From NCBI RefSeq assembly GCF_006345805.1, contig NC_043002.1, positions 23,808,001 through 23,872,000 of the forward strand: DNA of 64,000 nucleotides, given 5' to 3'. This stretch comes from Octopus sinensis (taxonomy: Eukaryota). Positions 39,601 through 52,769 of the stretch are shown here, in pieces. Made by a program: the position numbers and the translations under genes. Positions within the stretch are counted from its first letter, which is position 1; each line of letters begins with the position of its first letter. Below the pieces are notes generated by a model. It was given only the letters and a program-made list of their open reading frames with translations. It did not search any database and was not told the origin of the DNA.

Positions 39601-40313
39601 TTCAAAAATGTAAATAAACACACGTGGTTTATAAGTCATGTGTTCCCATATCGAAAGATCGCCCAATGTTTTAATGATTAGACAGAGGTCCAATAGAATA
39701 GTTCTCAGAAACAGACTACGTACAAGTTCGTACTTCACAACTCCTGAAGCTGTTTTCTGACAAGGTGGCGAGGTCAGGAAATTTTCATACACTTGGAGGC
39801 ATCAATCGAAACAGGGGACCCGAAATGATAAGGTTGAGAAACGCTGTTATAGATTATGCCTAACCGAAAACGATCACAGCCACATCATGCAAACAGACCG
39901 GGTGAAACCGGGCTTAGCTGCAAGTAGCCTATAAATGACAGCTGATATTGTAACATCAGCAGCCTAGATTTCAACCTCATTTAATCTAGGTTTTTGACTT
40001 TGTGTTGTATTAGGGTTGAAAATAAATTATAACCAAATTATAGGCACAGGCGTGGCTGTATGGTAAGAAGTGTGCTTCCCAACCATTCAGTCTCAGGTTC
40101 AGTCTCACTGTATGGTACCTTGGACAAGTTTGTTTTGCAACTACATGGTAACAGGTTCAATCCCAATGAGCAGAGGCATCTTGAGCAAATATCTTCTCCT
40201 ATCACTCCAGGTCAATCAATATCTTGTAAGTGAATTGGGTAGATTAAAACTATGTGGAAGCCCATTGCAGTTTGGCAAAAACAGAACTGGCAGAATTCGT
40301 ACTAGGTATGGAT

Positions 40314-40477
40314 AGGTGCAAGCATGGCTGTGTAGTAAGTAGTTTGTTTCCTGACTACATGGTTCTGAGTTCAGTCCCACTGCATGACACCTTGAGCAAG
40401 TGCTTTCTACTATAGCCTTGGGGCAACCAGAGCCCTGTGAGTGGATCTGGTAGCTGGAAACCGAAAGAAGCCTGTCG

Positions 40478-40551
<74 letters not shown>

Positions 40552-40925
40552 GGAGAGTTTACGAAAAAACAAAAGACGAAGACAGGTGGTGTACAAAACA
40601 AACAGATGTATTAATAAAACGCTCAGGAAAAGAAAAAGTCTTTTACGTTTCGAGCCTACGCTCTTCTACAGAAAGGGACACAGAAAAAACAAGGAGAGAA
40701 AAAATGTGTGTGCGTGCGTGTGTGTGTATGTGTGAGTGTTTGTCCCCCACCACTGCTTGACAACCAGTGTTGGTGTGTTTATGTTTCCATAACCTAGCAT
40801 TTTGGCAAAAGAGACCACGAGAATATGTATCAGGCCTAAAAATATAAGCACTGGGGTTGATATGATTGACTGAACACTCTAAGATGGAGCCCCAGCATGG
40901 CCACAGTCCAGTGACAGAAATAAGA
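40314..40925 (+). mobile_element. SINE family A with a Penelope-like insert (~40548-40705) in its (TA)n
   Basis: SINE head and tail flank an unrelated insert carrying a minus-strand hammerhead-like motif. Confidence 0.75.
40640..40675 (-). ncRNA. Minimal hammerhead-ribozyme-like motif
   Basis: CTTT-CTGTAGA-A-GAGC-GTAG-GCTC-GAAA-C-GTA-AAAG; core CUGUAGA deviates from CUGANGA. Confidence 0.5.
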
Positions 40926-42990
40926 GAAAAAATCAAAGAAAACCATTATCGAGTGCACAGCACTCATCTTGCACATCTGCCCTCCATTCCTGCACATCTG
41001 AAAAACCTGCTTCTCTTTCTTCCTTCACCTCATGCGGGTTGTGATGACAAAAGCTTCCTAGTCAGGTATAGCTGCAGCAAATTGTGCAACCCTTCATTCA
41101 CTCTTATGCAGTATTGAATAACTTGCTCAACATTGCTTCCCTAGAAGTTTTGATGCTCTAGGACATCATCCCTACTCAGGTCCATAGGTATCAAACTGAA
41201 CTCCTCATCACATCAGTATCACCTGGGTACGGGCAACTGTCCACTCTTCCATTGACTAATCTCCTTCAGTCATCACCACCTCGACCACCACCAAACACCA
41301 CCACCACAACAACAACAACAACAACATTTGTATCATCTTCATTTCCAACACCACCATCATCATCTCAGTATAACCGTTCACTGCCAACCATCACCCTCTT
41401 CATCTCCTCCTACTCTACCATTACCACCACCACCACCACCACCACCACCACCACCACCACTACCACCGTTACTGCCATCACCAACACCACTGCCACCACC
41501 TCCACCATCGCCACCACAAGAGCCGGCCTAAACTTCACGATTAAGGAGAAACTTCTACTTGGTCACTTGACCTCCCAGAAATGGCAGCCAAATCTTTCTC
41601 AGTTCACATTGTATCGTCTTTAAAAAATGTGGTTCTGGACATACGAAAGATGTGAAGAAATAAAGAAAGAAACAAACAAACAAGAAAGACGGGATGGTTA
41701 AGGTCCGAAAGTCTTTGACTCATAGCTCTGCTCGATCAGGGTTGACGAGTTTAAACAAAAACGACCGTATCATCACCGTAACATTACCACTTTCGCCACC
41801 ACCGCAACAGCAACAACAACAACAAAAACAAACAACACTACCAGTACAACCACCACCACCGCCGCCACCACCGCCGCCACCGCCGCCGTCGTCACAACAA
41901 CTAACACTCATTGATGCCACCTACATTGTCACAAACATAACCATCACCATCACCATCGTCTTCTCTATTGCACTGAATCAACGAGGATACCTTTACACGA
42001 TCGCTGAACTTGCTAGAAACAGTAGTCAAAGTTCTCCTCCCCAGATCACGCAAGCTACTCTCTTAAAATAAATCTGGACACACACTAAGACAATGTAGTC
42101 GCAGCTATTTAAAAAGTGACAATGGTCAGTCATTACGCGTCCCGGTGTTAAATAACAACAACAAAGCGAAAGAAGGAAGCTGTGATGTTATTTTGAGACG
42201 CCGCTCTTTGATGGCTGTTTTTGTCGTCAATGTTGTGGCTGTTGTTATTGTTGTCAATGTTGTTGTTGATACTGCAGCTGTTTCTTACCGCAGTGTTGCA
42301 AGTTTTGAAGGTTATGTGTACTTTGTGTGTCTGTAGCATTGGAGGTAGTTGCAGAATTGACGGCAGCGGCGTTGGTGGTGGTGGTGGTGGTGGTGGTGGC
42401 GGTGGTGCCAATAGTTGTTGTGATGATAATGTTGGTGGACAAATAATGTGGTGCTAACGATAATAGTCGTAGTGGTAATTATAGTGGCGTTAATCATAGT
42501 TTTGAAGTGATAACGTTGGTAATGATGATACTGGTTATGATAGCGATAGTGATGGTTATAATAATGGAAACGGCAATAGCGCTGTTGATGAAGATAGTGG
42601 TGGACACGGTGATTGTGATGTTGATGATAGTGGTGTTGGTAATAGTGTTGAAGTGATAGTGTTGATAGTGATAGCGTTAGTGATGATAGTGATTGTGATA
42701 ATAATGTTGACAATGAAAATAGTGGTGATGATGATAGAATTGGCGTGATAGCGTTAGTAACGATAATGTTGGCGATGATAGTGATTGTGATGATGATAGT
42801 GTTGGTGTGATAGCTTTGGTAACGATAATGTTGGGATGATAATGGAGATAGTAGTGGTGGTGATGATGATAATATCGGTGTGATAGTAATGGTACGATAA
42901 TGTTGGTGTTGATAGTCATTGTGATGAAGATAGCGGTGGTAATGACGATGAAGTTGGTGATGATGATAATGGTATTGATGGACTTTGTGG

Positions 42991-43780
42991 CAGCACTGGA
43001 TTAACCCATTAAACAAAATAAGCACGTGCTTAGGGCATCAAGGGACAGGGGCACCACAGAAATGAAAATGGTTTACGGCACAAAAGAAATCACTTTAAAC
43101 TTGCTAAAATAATATTCGTAATAGCTTATCGCTACTAAGTATAGGCTACTAAGTGAAGGCGCATGGCTCAGTGGTTAGAGCGTCGAGCTTACGATCGTTA
43201 GGTTGTGAGCTCGAATCCCGTTCTTGAGCAAAACACTTTATTTCACGTTGCTCCAGTTCACTCAGCTGTAGAAATGAGTTGCGACGTCACTGGTTCCAAG
43301 CTGTATCGACCTTTGTCTTTCCCTTGGATAACACTGGTGGCGTGGAGAGGGGAGGCCGGTATGCATGGGCGACTGCTGGTCTTCCATAAAACAACCTTGC
43401 CCGGACTTGTGTCTAGGAGGGTAACTTTCTAGGTGCAATCCCATGGTCATTCATGACCGAAGGGGGTCTTTACCCTTTTACTAAGTATAGAAGTATCGTA
43501 AAATTGATTTTAACGATATCATCGAACACTTTGCAAGAAAAAAAAAAAACGAGGAGGAAACTTTTCAAATATAAATAAAGTGGAAGTATACAAAAATAAG
43601 CATTATTTTGCATCTTACAGCGAATTTTGTTTCATTTTGAAAAATAAAAATTTATTTTATAGTTTCTTATTGTTTACATTTTGAATTATTTTTGTTTACG
43701 TTTTGAATCATTTACATATACTTGAGGGCACCAAAACCTTTTAAGTGCTTAGGGCCTCTATGGGTCTTAATCCGGCCCTG
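42991..43780. mobile_element. hAT-type MITE (same family as 10785-11689, opposite orientation) with a nested SINE
   Basis: CAGCACTGGATTAA...TTAATCCGGCCCTG; internal sequence shared with 10785-11689. Confidence 0.8.
43158..43479 (+). mobile_element. tRNA-derived SINE (family C)
   Basis: GGCGCATGGCTCAGTGGTTAGAGCG...GAGCTCGAATCCC; ACTAAGT duplicated at both ends; second copy at 53857-54186. Confidence 0.85.
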
Positions 43781-43884
43781 AGTAGTGGTGATGATAGGAG
43801 AGAAATGATAATGTGAGTGGTGTTAGTCTGCTGACGATAGTATTTCTTTTATATTGCAAAAGCTGCCACTGATGTTGCTGCTGT

Positions 43885-44260
43885 TGTTGCTGTTGCGCGA
43901 ACGGTCTTCGTCCCAGAGCTCGCAAGATGGGAGAAGTCCGAAACGTGGTCCTTTGCTATTCGTAAGACTCTCAGAAAAGAAAGCAGGTCAACCCCCGATA
44001 CCGAGAGCATCGACGGATGGGTGAATGCGCATTCAGGCTCAGCGGTTGCGTAGGAAGTCGGGGACAAGAATCAGGAAGAAAGAGTGAGAGAAAGTTGGAG
44101 CGAAAGAGTACAACAGGGGTCGCCACCACCCCCTGCCGGAGCATCGTGGAGCTTTAGGTGTTTTCGCTCAATAAACACTCACAACGCCCGGTCTGGGACT
44201 CGAAACCGCGATCCTCCGACCGCTAGTCCGCTGCCCTAACTATTGGGCCATTGCGCCTCC
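43885..44260 (-). mobile_element. tRNA(Arg-like)-derived SINE (family D) with (CAA/CAG)n tail
   Basis: GGAGGCGCAATGGCCCAATAGTTAGGGCAGCGG...GGTTTCGAGTCCC; truncated copy at 47658-47830. Confidence 0.8.
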
Positions 44261-45149
44261 ACTGTTGCTGCTGCTGTGTTGCCCAGATCTCACTTTATAA
44301 ACAGGCGAATGTCATAACAACATCTCTCCAAACAAATCAGTTGGTTGGTCATTATTTTCTCAATATGGACATCTGTCTTTCTCTTGGGGTATTTCCTGTT
44401 GTTGTTTCATCAAAGCTGGCCAAAACTTAACAGAACTATAATGAAAGATATTTCAACCCGCCCATCTTTTTTTAAGAGACACCTATTTAACGTGTCACTT
44501 TAAAAAGGTAGGATGTGATTCGAGGGAGATTTGGCTGCTATATTTGTTAAGAGGCTCCATTGTTGGTTCAAGTACGTTATGTTTTCATAGTGAGGTGATA
44601 ATGATGTTTGTGGTTATTGCTGTTGTTGTTTCGTTGTTTAATCTCAGTTTAGTTTAGCTCTGATCAAGCAAATCTAGGATCAAAGACCTCCCAATTGTTA
44701 CAATCTTATCATTTTGATTTGGACACGCCTATCTAGGACTATATTTACAAACAAGTGCTTCAGACATGATACTGACAATAACGTTGATGACAACAACGAT
44801 GATGAAACGATGATGATGGTGTGGTGGCGGTGACGACGACGGCGATGACGACCAGTGTTGTTGTTGCTGCTGCTTCTGGTTTTGTTGCTGCTCAGTAAGG
44901 CAGTTCTCTTTTGCAAGACAGCCAAGCTGGAGCAAAATTGTTTTAAGTAGAAGATGACAACTGCTTGAGTCACTTGATACCCAACCTCCAGCTCTTCTTA
45001 AACTGATCTTACAGTTGGTTTGCAGAGAGTATTATGGAAGAGACGATAGCTTACAGAGCTGCTTGGTCAGAGGACTATGCTTCAAGTCCTGTTTGTCAAT
45101 GCTGAGTTGAGTCAGTGGTCAAGAGACTCGCTCTCAGTAGCTGAGTCCG

Positions 45150-46158
45150 CTCAAAGGTAAGTAGGTAGCACAGTGAAGTACAGTCCTTGAAGCTGTATAT
45201 ACCGTAGTGACCCATAGCGGGATATCTACATTTAATGAGGTACAGTCCAAGGAGGTACTGCTGAGAACTATAATCCACCTTGCTGTAATTAATTACTATT
45301 ATGAAGTACAGTCCATCTAGTATGTAGGTACCACTATGACGTTCAGTTCATCTAGGTATAAGTAGGTAGTACTAAGTACAGCCCACCAAATTGCAAGTAG
45401 GTACGCTTGTGGTACAGTATCTATCTTTAATAGTATTACTGTTTGGTAGAGTCCACCTGGCTGTTAGTAAGTATCACAAGGAGATCATTTCACCTTATTG
45501 TAAGTAGTAATTTGGAGTACAACCTACCAAGTTGTAAGTAAGTACCATATAGGGTGCAGTTCACATAACTGGAAGTAGCCACTACGTGGAGATGACTTCA
45601 ACTTATTGCATATGGGTCCCACTGTCAGGTATGGTTCATCTGACTGCAAGTAGGTACCACTGTGTGCTGCAATCTACCTAGCTGTAAGTAGGTGGTACCT
45701 CTTTGAGACGTAGTCTATCTAGCTGTAAGTACGTACCACTGTTAGGTACAGTCCACATAGATGTAAGCAGGTACCACTTTAAGGTTCAGTCCATCAAGTT
45801 GTAGGTAGGTACCACTGGTGCAGTCTACCTAGCGATAAGTCGGCACCTCTTTGAGATACAGTCTATCTAGCTGTAAATAGGTGCCACTGTGCAGTACAGT
45901 TTACAGGAGTGGCTGTGTGGTAAGTAGCTTGCTTACCAATCACATGGTTCCGGGTTCAGTCCCACTGCGTGGCACCTTGGGCAAGTGTCTTCTACTATAG
46001 CCTTGGGCCGACCAAAGCCTTGTGAGTGGATTTGGTAGACGGAAACTGAAAGAAGCTCGTCGTATTTATGTATAAAGAACCCACCTAGGTGCAAGTGAGG
46101 CACGGTTCACCAGGCTGTAAGTAGGTACCTCTGTGAGATATAGACCACTTAGCTATTA
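45150..46158 (+). repeat. Degenerate ~38-bp minisatellite (about 20 units) interrupted by a SINE head (45903-46070)
   Basis: Approximate consensus GTACAGTCCACCTAGCTGTAAGTAGGTACCACTGTGAG. Confidence 0.8.
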
Positions 46159-46537
46159 GTGTTTGTAGTGTTGGTGGTGATGGTAGTAGTCGTTGTTGCT
46201 GTTGTAGGTTGTGATGGTGTTGGTGGTAGTAAGAGTGGTGGATTGATGATAGTGGTGGTGATAGTGAAGGTGACGGCAGTGGTGATGGTGCTGGTGGTAG
46301 TGATGGTGGTGGTGATGGCGTTGGTGATGATAGTGATGTTGATAGAGGTGATGGTATTGGTGGCGGTGATGATGATGGTGATAGTGGTGGTGGTGGTGAT
46401 GGCGTCGATGTTGCGGATGGTAGTGGTGATGGCGAAGGTGTTCGTTTCTCAGAGTAAAAATTGATTCTCCGGTGTGTTATCAGAGACTTGGATGTTTGTG
46501 TGAGGGGTGGGGCATGTGTGAGGTGGAATGGGGGTCG

Positions 46538-46597
<60 letters not shown>

Positions 46598-46635
46598 TGT
46601 GTGTGTGTGTGGTGTATGCGAGTGTGGATTTATTA

Positions 46636-46673
<38 letters not shown>

Positions 46674-47058
46674 TTCTCTGGCACAGACACACACACACAT
46701 ACACACACACCGACTACCATGGTCACTCGAACTGCTAGAAATAACAACTACAAATTTTCACTGTCATAATAAAAAAAAAGCATTCTATGGACACTTGTCC
46801 CCGAGAAACAAAAGTTGGGATGGTCACGATTGGAACAACTTTTATTTTTAAGTCAGCTTCAATCAGTGCTGACCTGGGGTTAAACAGCAACAGCAACCAT
46901 AGTGGTTATAAGAACAAGACCATAATAACTACAGCAACAACGACATTACAAGCAACAGTAATGGCAACAATAAATGCAACGCTAAACAGTAAAAATAAGA
47001 TTAGCTGCAATAACAACAACAACACTGAATACAATAACATCAACAAAAACAACAGCTA

Positions 47059-47457
47059 GGCGCAGGAGTGGCTGTGTGGTAAGTAGCTTGCTTACCAACC
47101 ATATGGTTCCGGGTTCAGTCCCACTACGTGGCACCTTGGGTAAGTGTCTTCTACTATAGCCTCGGGCCAACCAAAGCCTTGGTGAGTGGATTTGGTAGAC
47201 GGAAACTGAAAGAAGCCCGTCGTATATATGTATGTGTGTGTGTGTGTGTGTATGTGTGTGTGTCTGTGCTTGCCTCCTCAACATCGCTTGACAACTGATG
47301 CTGGTATGTTTACGTCACCGTAACTTAGCGCTTTGGCAAAAGAGACTGATAGAATAAATACTAGTCCTGGGATCGATTTGGTCGACTAAAGGCGGTGCTC
47401 CAGCATGGCCGCAGTCAAATGATTGAAACAAGCAAAAGAGTAAAAGAGAATAAAGAG
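47059..47457 (+). mobile_element. SINE family A, near full-length
   Basis: Same head, core and tail as 23691-24090. Confidence 0.9.
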
Positions 47458-47657
47458 ATCTATACTAGTTAGTCTAGCTACAACATCGCTAGATTCAAAA
47501 ACAGCAACACTAGCTACACCTAAGTACAAGACCAAATACAACAACAACAGCGACAACAACAACGACAACAAAACCAGCGACGATAACAATGACATCCGCG
47601 ACAATAACAACAACAAGAGCAACAGCAACGATAAGAACAACAACGACAGCAAGAGTA

Positions 47658-47830
47658 GAGGCGCAATGGCCCAGTGGTTAGGGCAGCGGACTCGCGGTCG
47701 TAAGAACGCGGTTTCGATTCCCAGACCGGGCATTGTGAGTGTTTATTGAGCAACAATACCTAACTAAGCTCCACGAGGCTCCGGCAGGGGTGGGGTGGGG
47801 GTGTGAACTCCACTGTACTCTTTCACCACA
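47658..47830 (+). mobile_element. 3'-truncated SINE family D flanked by ~90-bp direct repeats
   Basis: ACAACAAAACCAGCGAC...GACAGCAAGA at ~47565-47654 and ~47856-47943. Confidence 0.75.
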
Positions 47831-48154
47831 AGAGAAGAAGAAGAAGAACAACAACAACAACAAAACCAGCGACAACAATGACAACCGCGACAATAACAAC
47901 AACAGGAACAGCAACAACGGTAAGAACAACAACGACAGCAAGAACAACAATGACAACATCGACGACGAAGATGAAAGTTTACATGTAATAAAGCAAACAG
48001 CAACAACAATGCTAACTAGAATAACCATAACAACAACAACAACAAGAAATTTAACTGCAACCATCGCTGCAAGAAAATCATTAGTTACAACGCTAGCTAA
48101 AACAACAGCAACAACAACAAAATTAGCCGTAACAACAACGAAAATCATTAGATA

Positions 48155-48546
48155 GGCGCAGGAGTGGCTGTGTGGTTAATAGCTTGCTTACCAACCACAT
48201 GGTTCCAGGTTCAGTCCCACTGCGTGGCACCTTGGGCAAGTGTCTTCTACTATAGCCTCGGGCCGACCAAAGCCTTGTGAGTGGATTTGGTAGACGGAAA
48301 CTGAAAGAAGCCCGTCGTATATATGTATGTGTGTGATGTGTGTTTGTGTGTCTGTGTTTGTCCCCGCCCCACATCGCTTGACAACCGATGCTGGTGTGTT
48401 TACATCCCCGTAACTTAGCGGCTCGGCAAAAGAGAACGATAGAATAAGTACTAGGCTTACAAAGAATAAGTCCTGGGGTCGATTTGGTCGACTAAAGGCG
48501 GTGTTCCAGCATGGCCGCAGTTAAATGACTGAAACAAGTAAAAGAG
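48155..48546 (+). mobile_element. SINE family A, full-length
   Basis: GGCGCAGGAGTGGCTGTGTGG...GAAACAAGTAAAAGAG. Confidence 0.9.
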
Positions 48547-48789
48547 TTGATGCGACACCAGATACAATAAACACAATAATACTTGCGAAAATAACTACAT
48601 TAGATACAATAAGAAAAACACAGGATAGACCAACACTGGCTATTAGTAATAACAGCAGCACCAGGTATAAAAACATTGAATACAATAACAGGCCAGCGAA
48701 ATCTTCCTAAAATCACACCGCACCGTCTTAAATAAGGAAAGACACATTAGATAACGTAGTCTTCTATTATCTAATAATTATTAGATAAC

Positions 48790-49812
48790 AACAATGCTAG
48801 CTATAAGAACAACATCACTAACCGTAACAGTGTTAGCAAAGAACAACATAACTATTCAATGATAAAAACGAAACTGTTACGCTTCAACAACACTTAACTA
48901 CAATAATAATGTTAGCAACAACAGTATTTGTTAATTATAACAGAGATATCGTTAGCTATAAGAATAAAGTTAGCTACAACTTCAACACTGTTAGCTACAA
49001 CAACAGGGCTTTAGTTACAGTCATACACAGTTAACTTACACTAACAACACTGTTGGCTACAATAAAAACATTGTTAGTTACAACAAGGAATCCACACTGT
49101 TATAGTTGTAGTTGACAGCTTTTACTTGTAGTTAATAGTGTTACTGCTAACTACAGCAGAAATATCACAAACCACGTCTATAACAGTGTTAACTACCATA
49201 ACAACACTATTAGCTACAATAACAACGCTGTTAGCCACAAGAACAGAGTTACCTTAGCAACACTATTAGAAGCAGCAATAAAACACTATTAGCTACAAGT
49301 AGTGCAGAGTTAGCTGCCATAACAACACTGTCAGCTACAATAGTCGCACTTTCGCTACAAAATAACTTTGTTAGCTACAACAATATCGTCAGCTGCAATA
49401 GCAACGCTTTAGCAACTGTAAGAAGAAAAAAAAAGGTTGTTTGTTACATCATTGTTAGCTACAACAAAAATGTTACTACCTACAAGAACAGTGTCACCTA
49501 CCATAATAACAAGAACACAGCTACAATACTAACAGTGTTATGCAATGTCGCTAGTTACAAGAACAACATCAGTAGCTTCAGTAACAACTACACCGATAGC
49601 TACGATAACAATAGCTACAACACTGGTAATTACAACGACATTAAGCTACAACACCAACGCTGTTAACTACGACAATACTGTTGGCTACAACGACATTGCT
49701 ATGACAAACACTGTTAGCAACAAAGTTAGCAACAAAGTTAGCAACAACAATAACGTTGGTGATAGCAACATTTTCTTACATCAAAAACGTTATTAGCTAT
49801 AACAACAACACT
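48790..49812 (+). repeat. Degenerate 18-21-bp minisatellite (AACAACACTGTTAGCTAC)
   Basis: Recurrent TTAGCTACAA / AACACTGTT motifs over ~1 kb. Confidence 0.8.
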
Positions 49813-49814
49813 AT

Positions 49815-49974
49815 GTGTTGTGTGGTAAGAAGCTTGTTTCCCAACTTGATGGCTCCGGTTTCAGTCTCGCTGCGTGACACCTTGGACAAGTGTCTTTAGC
49901 TATAGGCCCGGGCCGACTTAATTTGTGAGTGGATTTGGTTGACAGAATCTGAAGAAGCCCGTCGTAAATATATA

Positions 49975-50030
<56 letters not shown>

Positions 50031-50305
50031 GAAGAAATGAGGTACTCAGAAAAAACATATATATATATATATATAATATATATATATATATATAATATAT
50101 ATATATAATTATATATATATATATTACGTATATGTATGTGTGTTGTAGGTGCCCCTTGTGTTTGCATTTGTGCACCATCGCTTGAAACCGGTGTTGGTTT
50201 GTTTACGTCCCCATAACTTAGCGGTTCGAGTTGTTCGACTAAAACCCTCCGTGGCGGTGTCCCAGCATGGCCGCAGTCTAATAACTGAAACAAGTAAAAG
50301 ACAAA
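49815..50305 (+). mobile_element. SINE family A, diverged
   Basis: Recognisable head, core and tail around an expanded (TA)n. Confidence 0.75.
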
Positions 50306-50949
50306 AAAGTAAAGAACTACATCAACATTGCGAACCACTGTTCGATGTAACAAAGAAGTCCCTATGTGGTCACTAGAAACCACAGCTAAAGAATCTTCCT
50401 TATGTCACTGTTCGATGTAACAAAGAAGTCCCTATGTGGTCACTAAAAAAATCTCCCTTATGTCATCCCTGGACATTGTCTTGAAAAATAAGGGCTCAGT
50501 GGATAAATCACTGTTTGATGCACTGTACCGAGGCAAAAAAAAAAAACAGAAATGGCAGGACGGTCACGCTTGGAAGGATTTCGATCTACTCAATCAGAGC
50601 AGACATGTGACTAAACAATAACGTCGTTAGCTACAGCAGCTGCATCTGCAGTAGCAGCAAAATGTAAGAAATCTCGCCATAATAACAACGACACTATAGC
50701 AACGACAGCTACAACAGCAGCAGCAGTAGCAACAACAACAACTTCAGCAACAACATTGATATATGGAAGATAATCACTGAGGAGATGTGTTGAAGCACAG
50801 GTTGCGGAGAAGAAGTATGTGTGTGTATGTGTGTGTGTGTGTGTGCTCATATGTGCAGGTATGGGTGTACGTATATGTGCGTCACTCCCCCCCTCTCTCT
50901 CTATATATATATAGAAAGAGGGGGAGTGAGAGGCGGATATACATAGACA

Positions 50950-51546
50950 AATACACACACACACATCTATACACACACACACACATCTATACACATACAC
51001 ATCTATACACACACACATCTATACACACATATCTATACATACATACATCTATACACACACACATCTATACGCACACACATCTATACAAACACACATCTAT
51101 ACACACACACATCTATATATACACACATCTATATACACACACATCTATACACACACATCTGTACACACACATCTATACATACACACATCTATACACACAC
51201 ACATCTATACACACATCTATACACACACACATCTATACACACACACATCTATACACACACACACATCTATACACACACACATTTATACACACACACATCT
51301 ATACACATACATCTATACACACACATCTATACACACACATCTATACACATACACATCTATACACACACACACATCTATACACACATCTATACACACACAC
51401 ATCTATACACACACATCTATACACACACATCTATACACACACATCTATACACACACATCTATACACACACATCTATACACACACACATCTATACACACAC
51501 GCACATCTATACACACACATACACACACACATCTATACACACACAC
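50950..51546 (+). repeat. (CA)n-ATCTAT compound minisatellite, 12-16-bp units
   Basis: Dozens of ACACACACATCTAT-type repeats. Confidence 0.95.
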
Positions 51547-52229
51547 AACCACACAACCTTTTACTGGTTTCTGTCAGAGATTTGGCCATGCTAAGCACCG
51601 TTTTCAAGAGTTTAATCGATCATATCGTTGTAGTGTTTATTTCAGTCCATTATTTTATCGATTTCCATATATTGAATAGCTAAGTCACGTTTTTTGACGT
51701 CAAGGGACACAATTCGACACCACAGTTAACACCAGAGAACGCAAACACACACATAAATGTGTATGTTTGTGTGTGTGTGTGTGTATGCATGTATGGCTGT
51801 ACCTATGCAGGTATGCATACATTTATGTATGCATGTGTGTATGCAAGCGCATGTCTGTGCATGCACGCGTGCATACGTGAGTATGTATATACATATGCAT
51901 GCATTCAGCTTCTATGTGTACTGTGTGTGTATGTGTGCGTGCGCATGGGGATGTGTACGAGGGTGAATGTGCGTGCTTGTGAGTAATGTGTGTGTATGTA
52001 TACATATATATACATATAGATATGTAGGTTCAAATTGCTAATAAGCCTCCCTCTTAATTTGTTATATATATATATATATATGTATGTATATATATATATA
52101 CACATACGCATACATACATACATGCATACATAGATACACACACACACACATATATATATATATATTACACACATATATGTGTGAGTGTTTATTGTGTGTG
52201 TATACATAGTACATATATATGTATGTATG

Positions 52230-52263
<34 letters not shown>

Positions 52264-52682
52264 TGTATGTATGTATGTATGTATGTATATGTACACACAC
52301 ATAATAAACACACAAGCACACAGTGACGATACTTAATTGACAATAAGTGTAATTGATTATCAAAAGTCAATTATTTCCGTTTGAATAATCATTTATGATC
52401 CAAACTGTTTATGAAAAGAAAGACTTTTCCTTGTTTAAATTACATAAGGAAAATTTCCAAATGAGCTTAATGCAATTATTGGTTGTATCAATGACTCCAC
52501 AGAAATGAACGTCACTGAAGAATATTCAGAGTATCTAATTTTTGTTTCTCAACAAAATGTAATGCGTTCATTGAAGTTCGAAAAGAATAAAATGACATGG
52601 CAGTCAATCGGGTAACCGAAATTTCACAAAACGTAATCAGGTAAATGTAGAGCTACGTGCAGCACGTCCCACAAACCTAAGT

Positions 52683-52750
<68 letters not shown>

Positions 52751-52769
52751 ATATATATATAATATATAT

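Noticed and set aside
41250-43025. Pro/Thr/Gln/His-rich ORFs suggesting a mucin- or formin-like exon
   Set aside because: Degenerate (CAC)n/(GAT)n trinucleotide repeats interleaved with SINE remnants; no splice or domain support.
43158-43230. tRNA genes here and at 44190-44260, 47658-47730 and 54115-54186
   Set aside because: The tRNA-like heads lack a proper acceptor stem and continue into multi-copy SINE bodies.
45150-46158. CRISPR-like periodic array
   Set aside because: Units are contiguous degenerate tandem copies without unique spacers; no cas genes; eukaryotic context.
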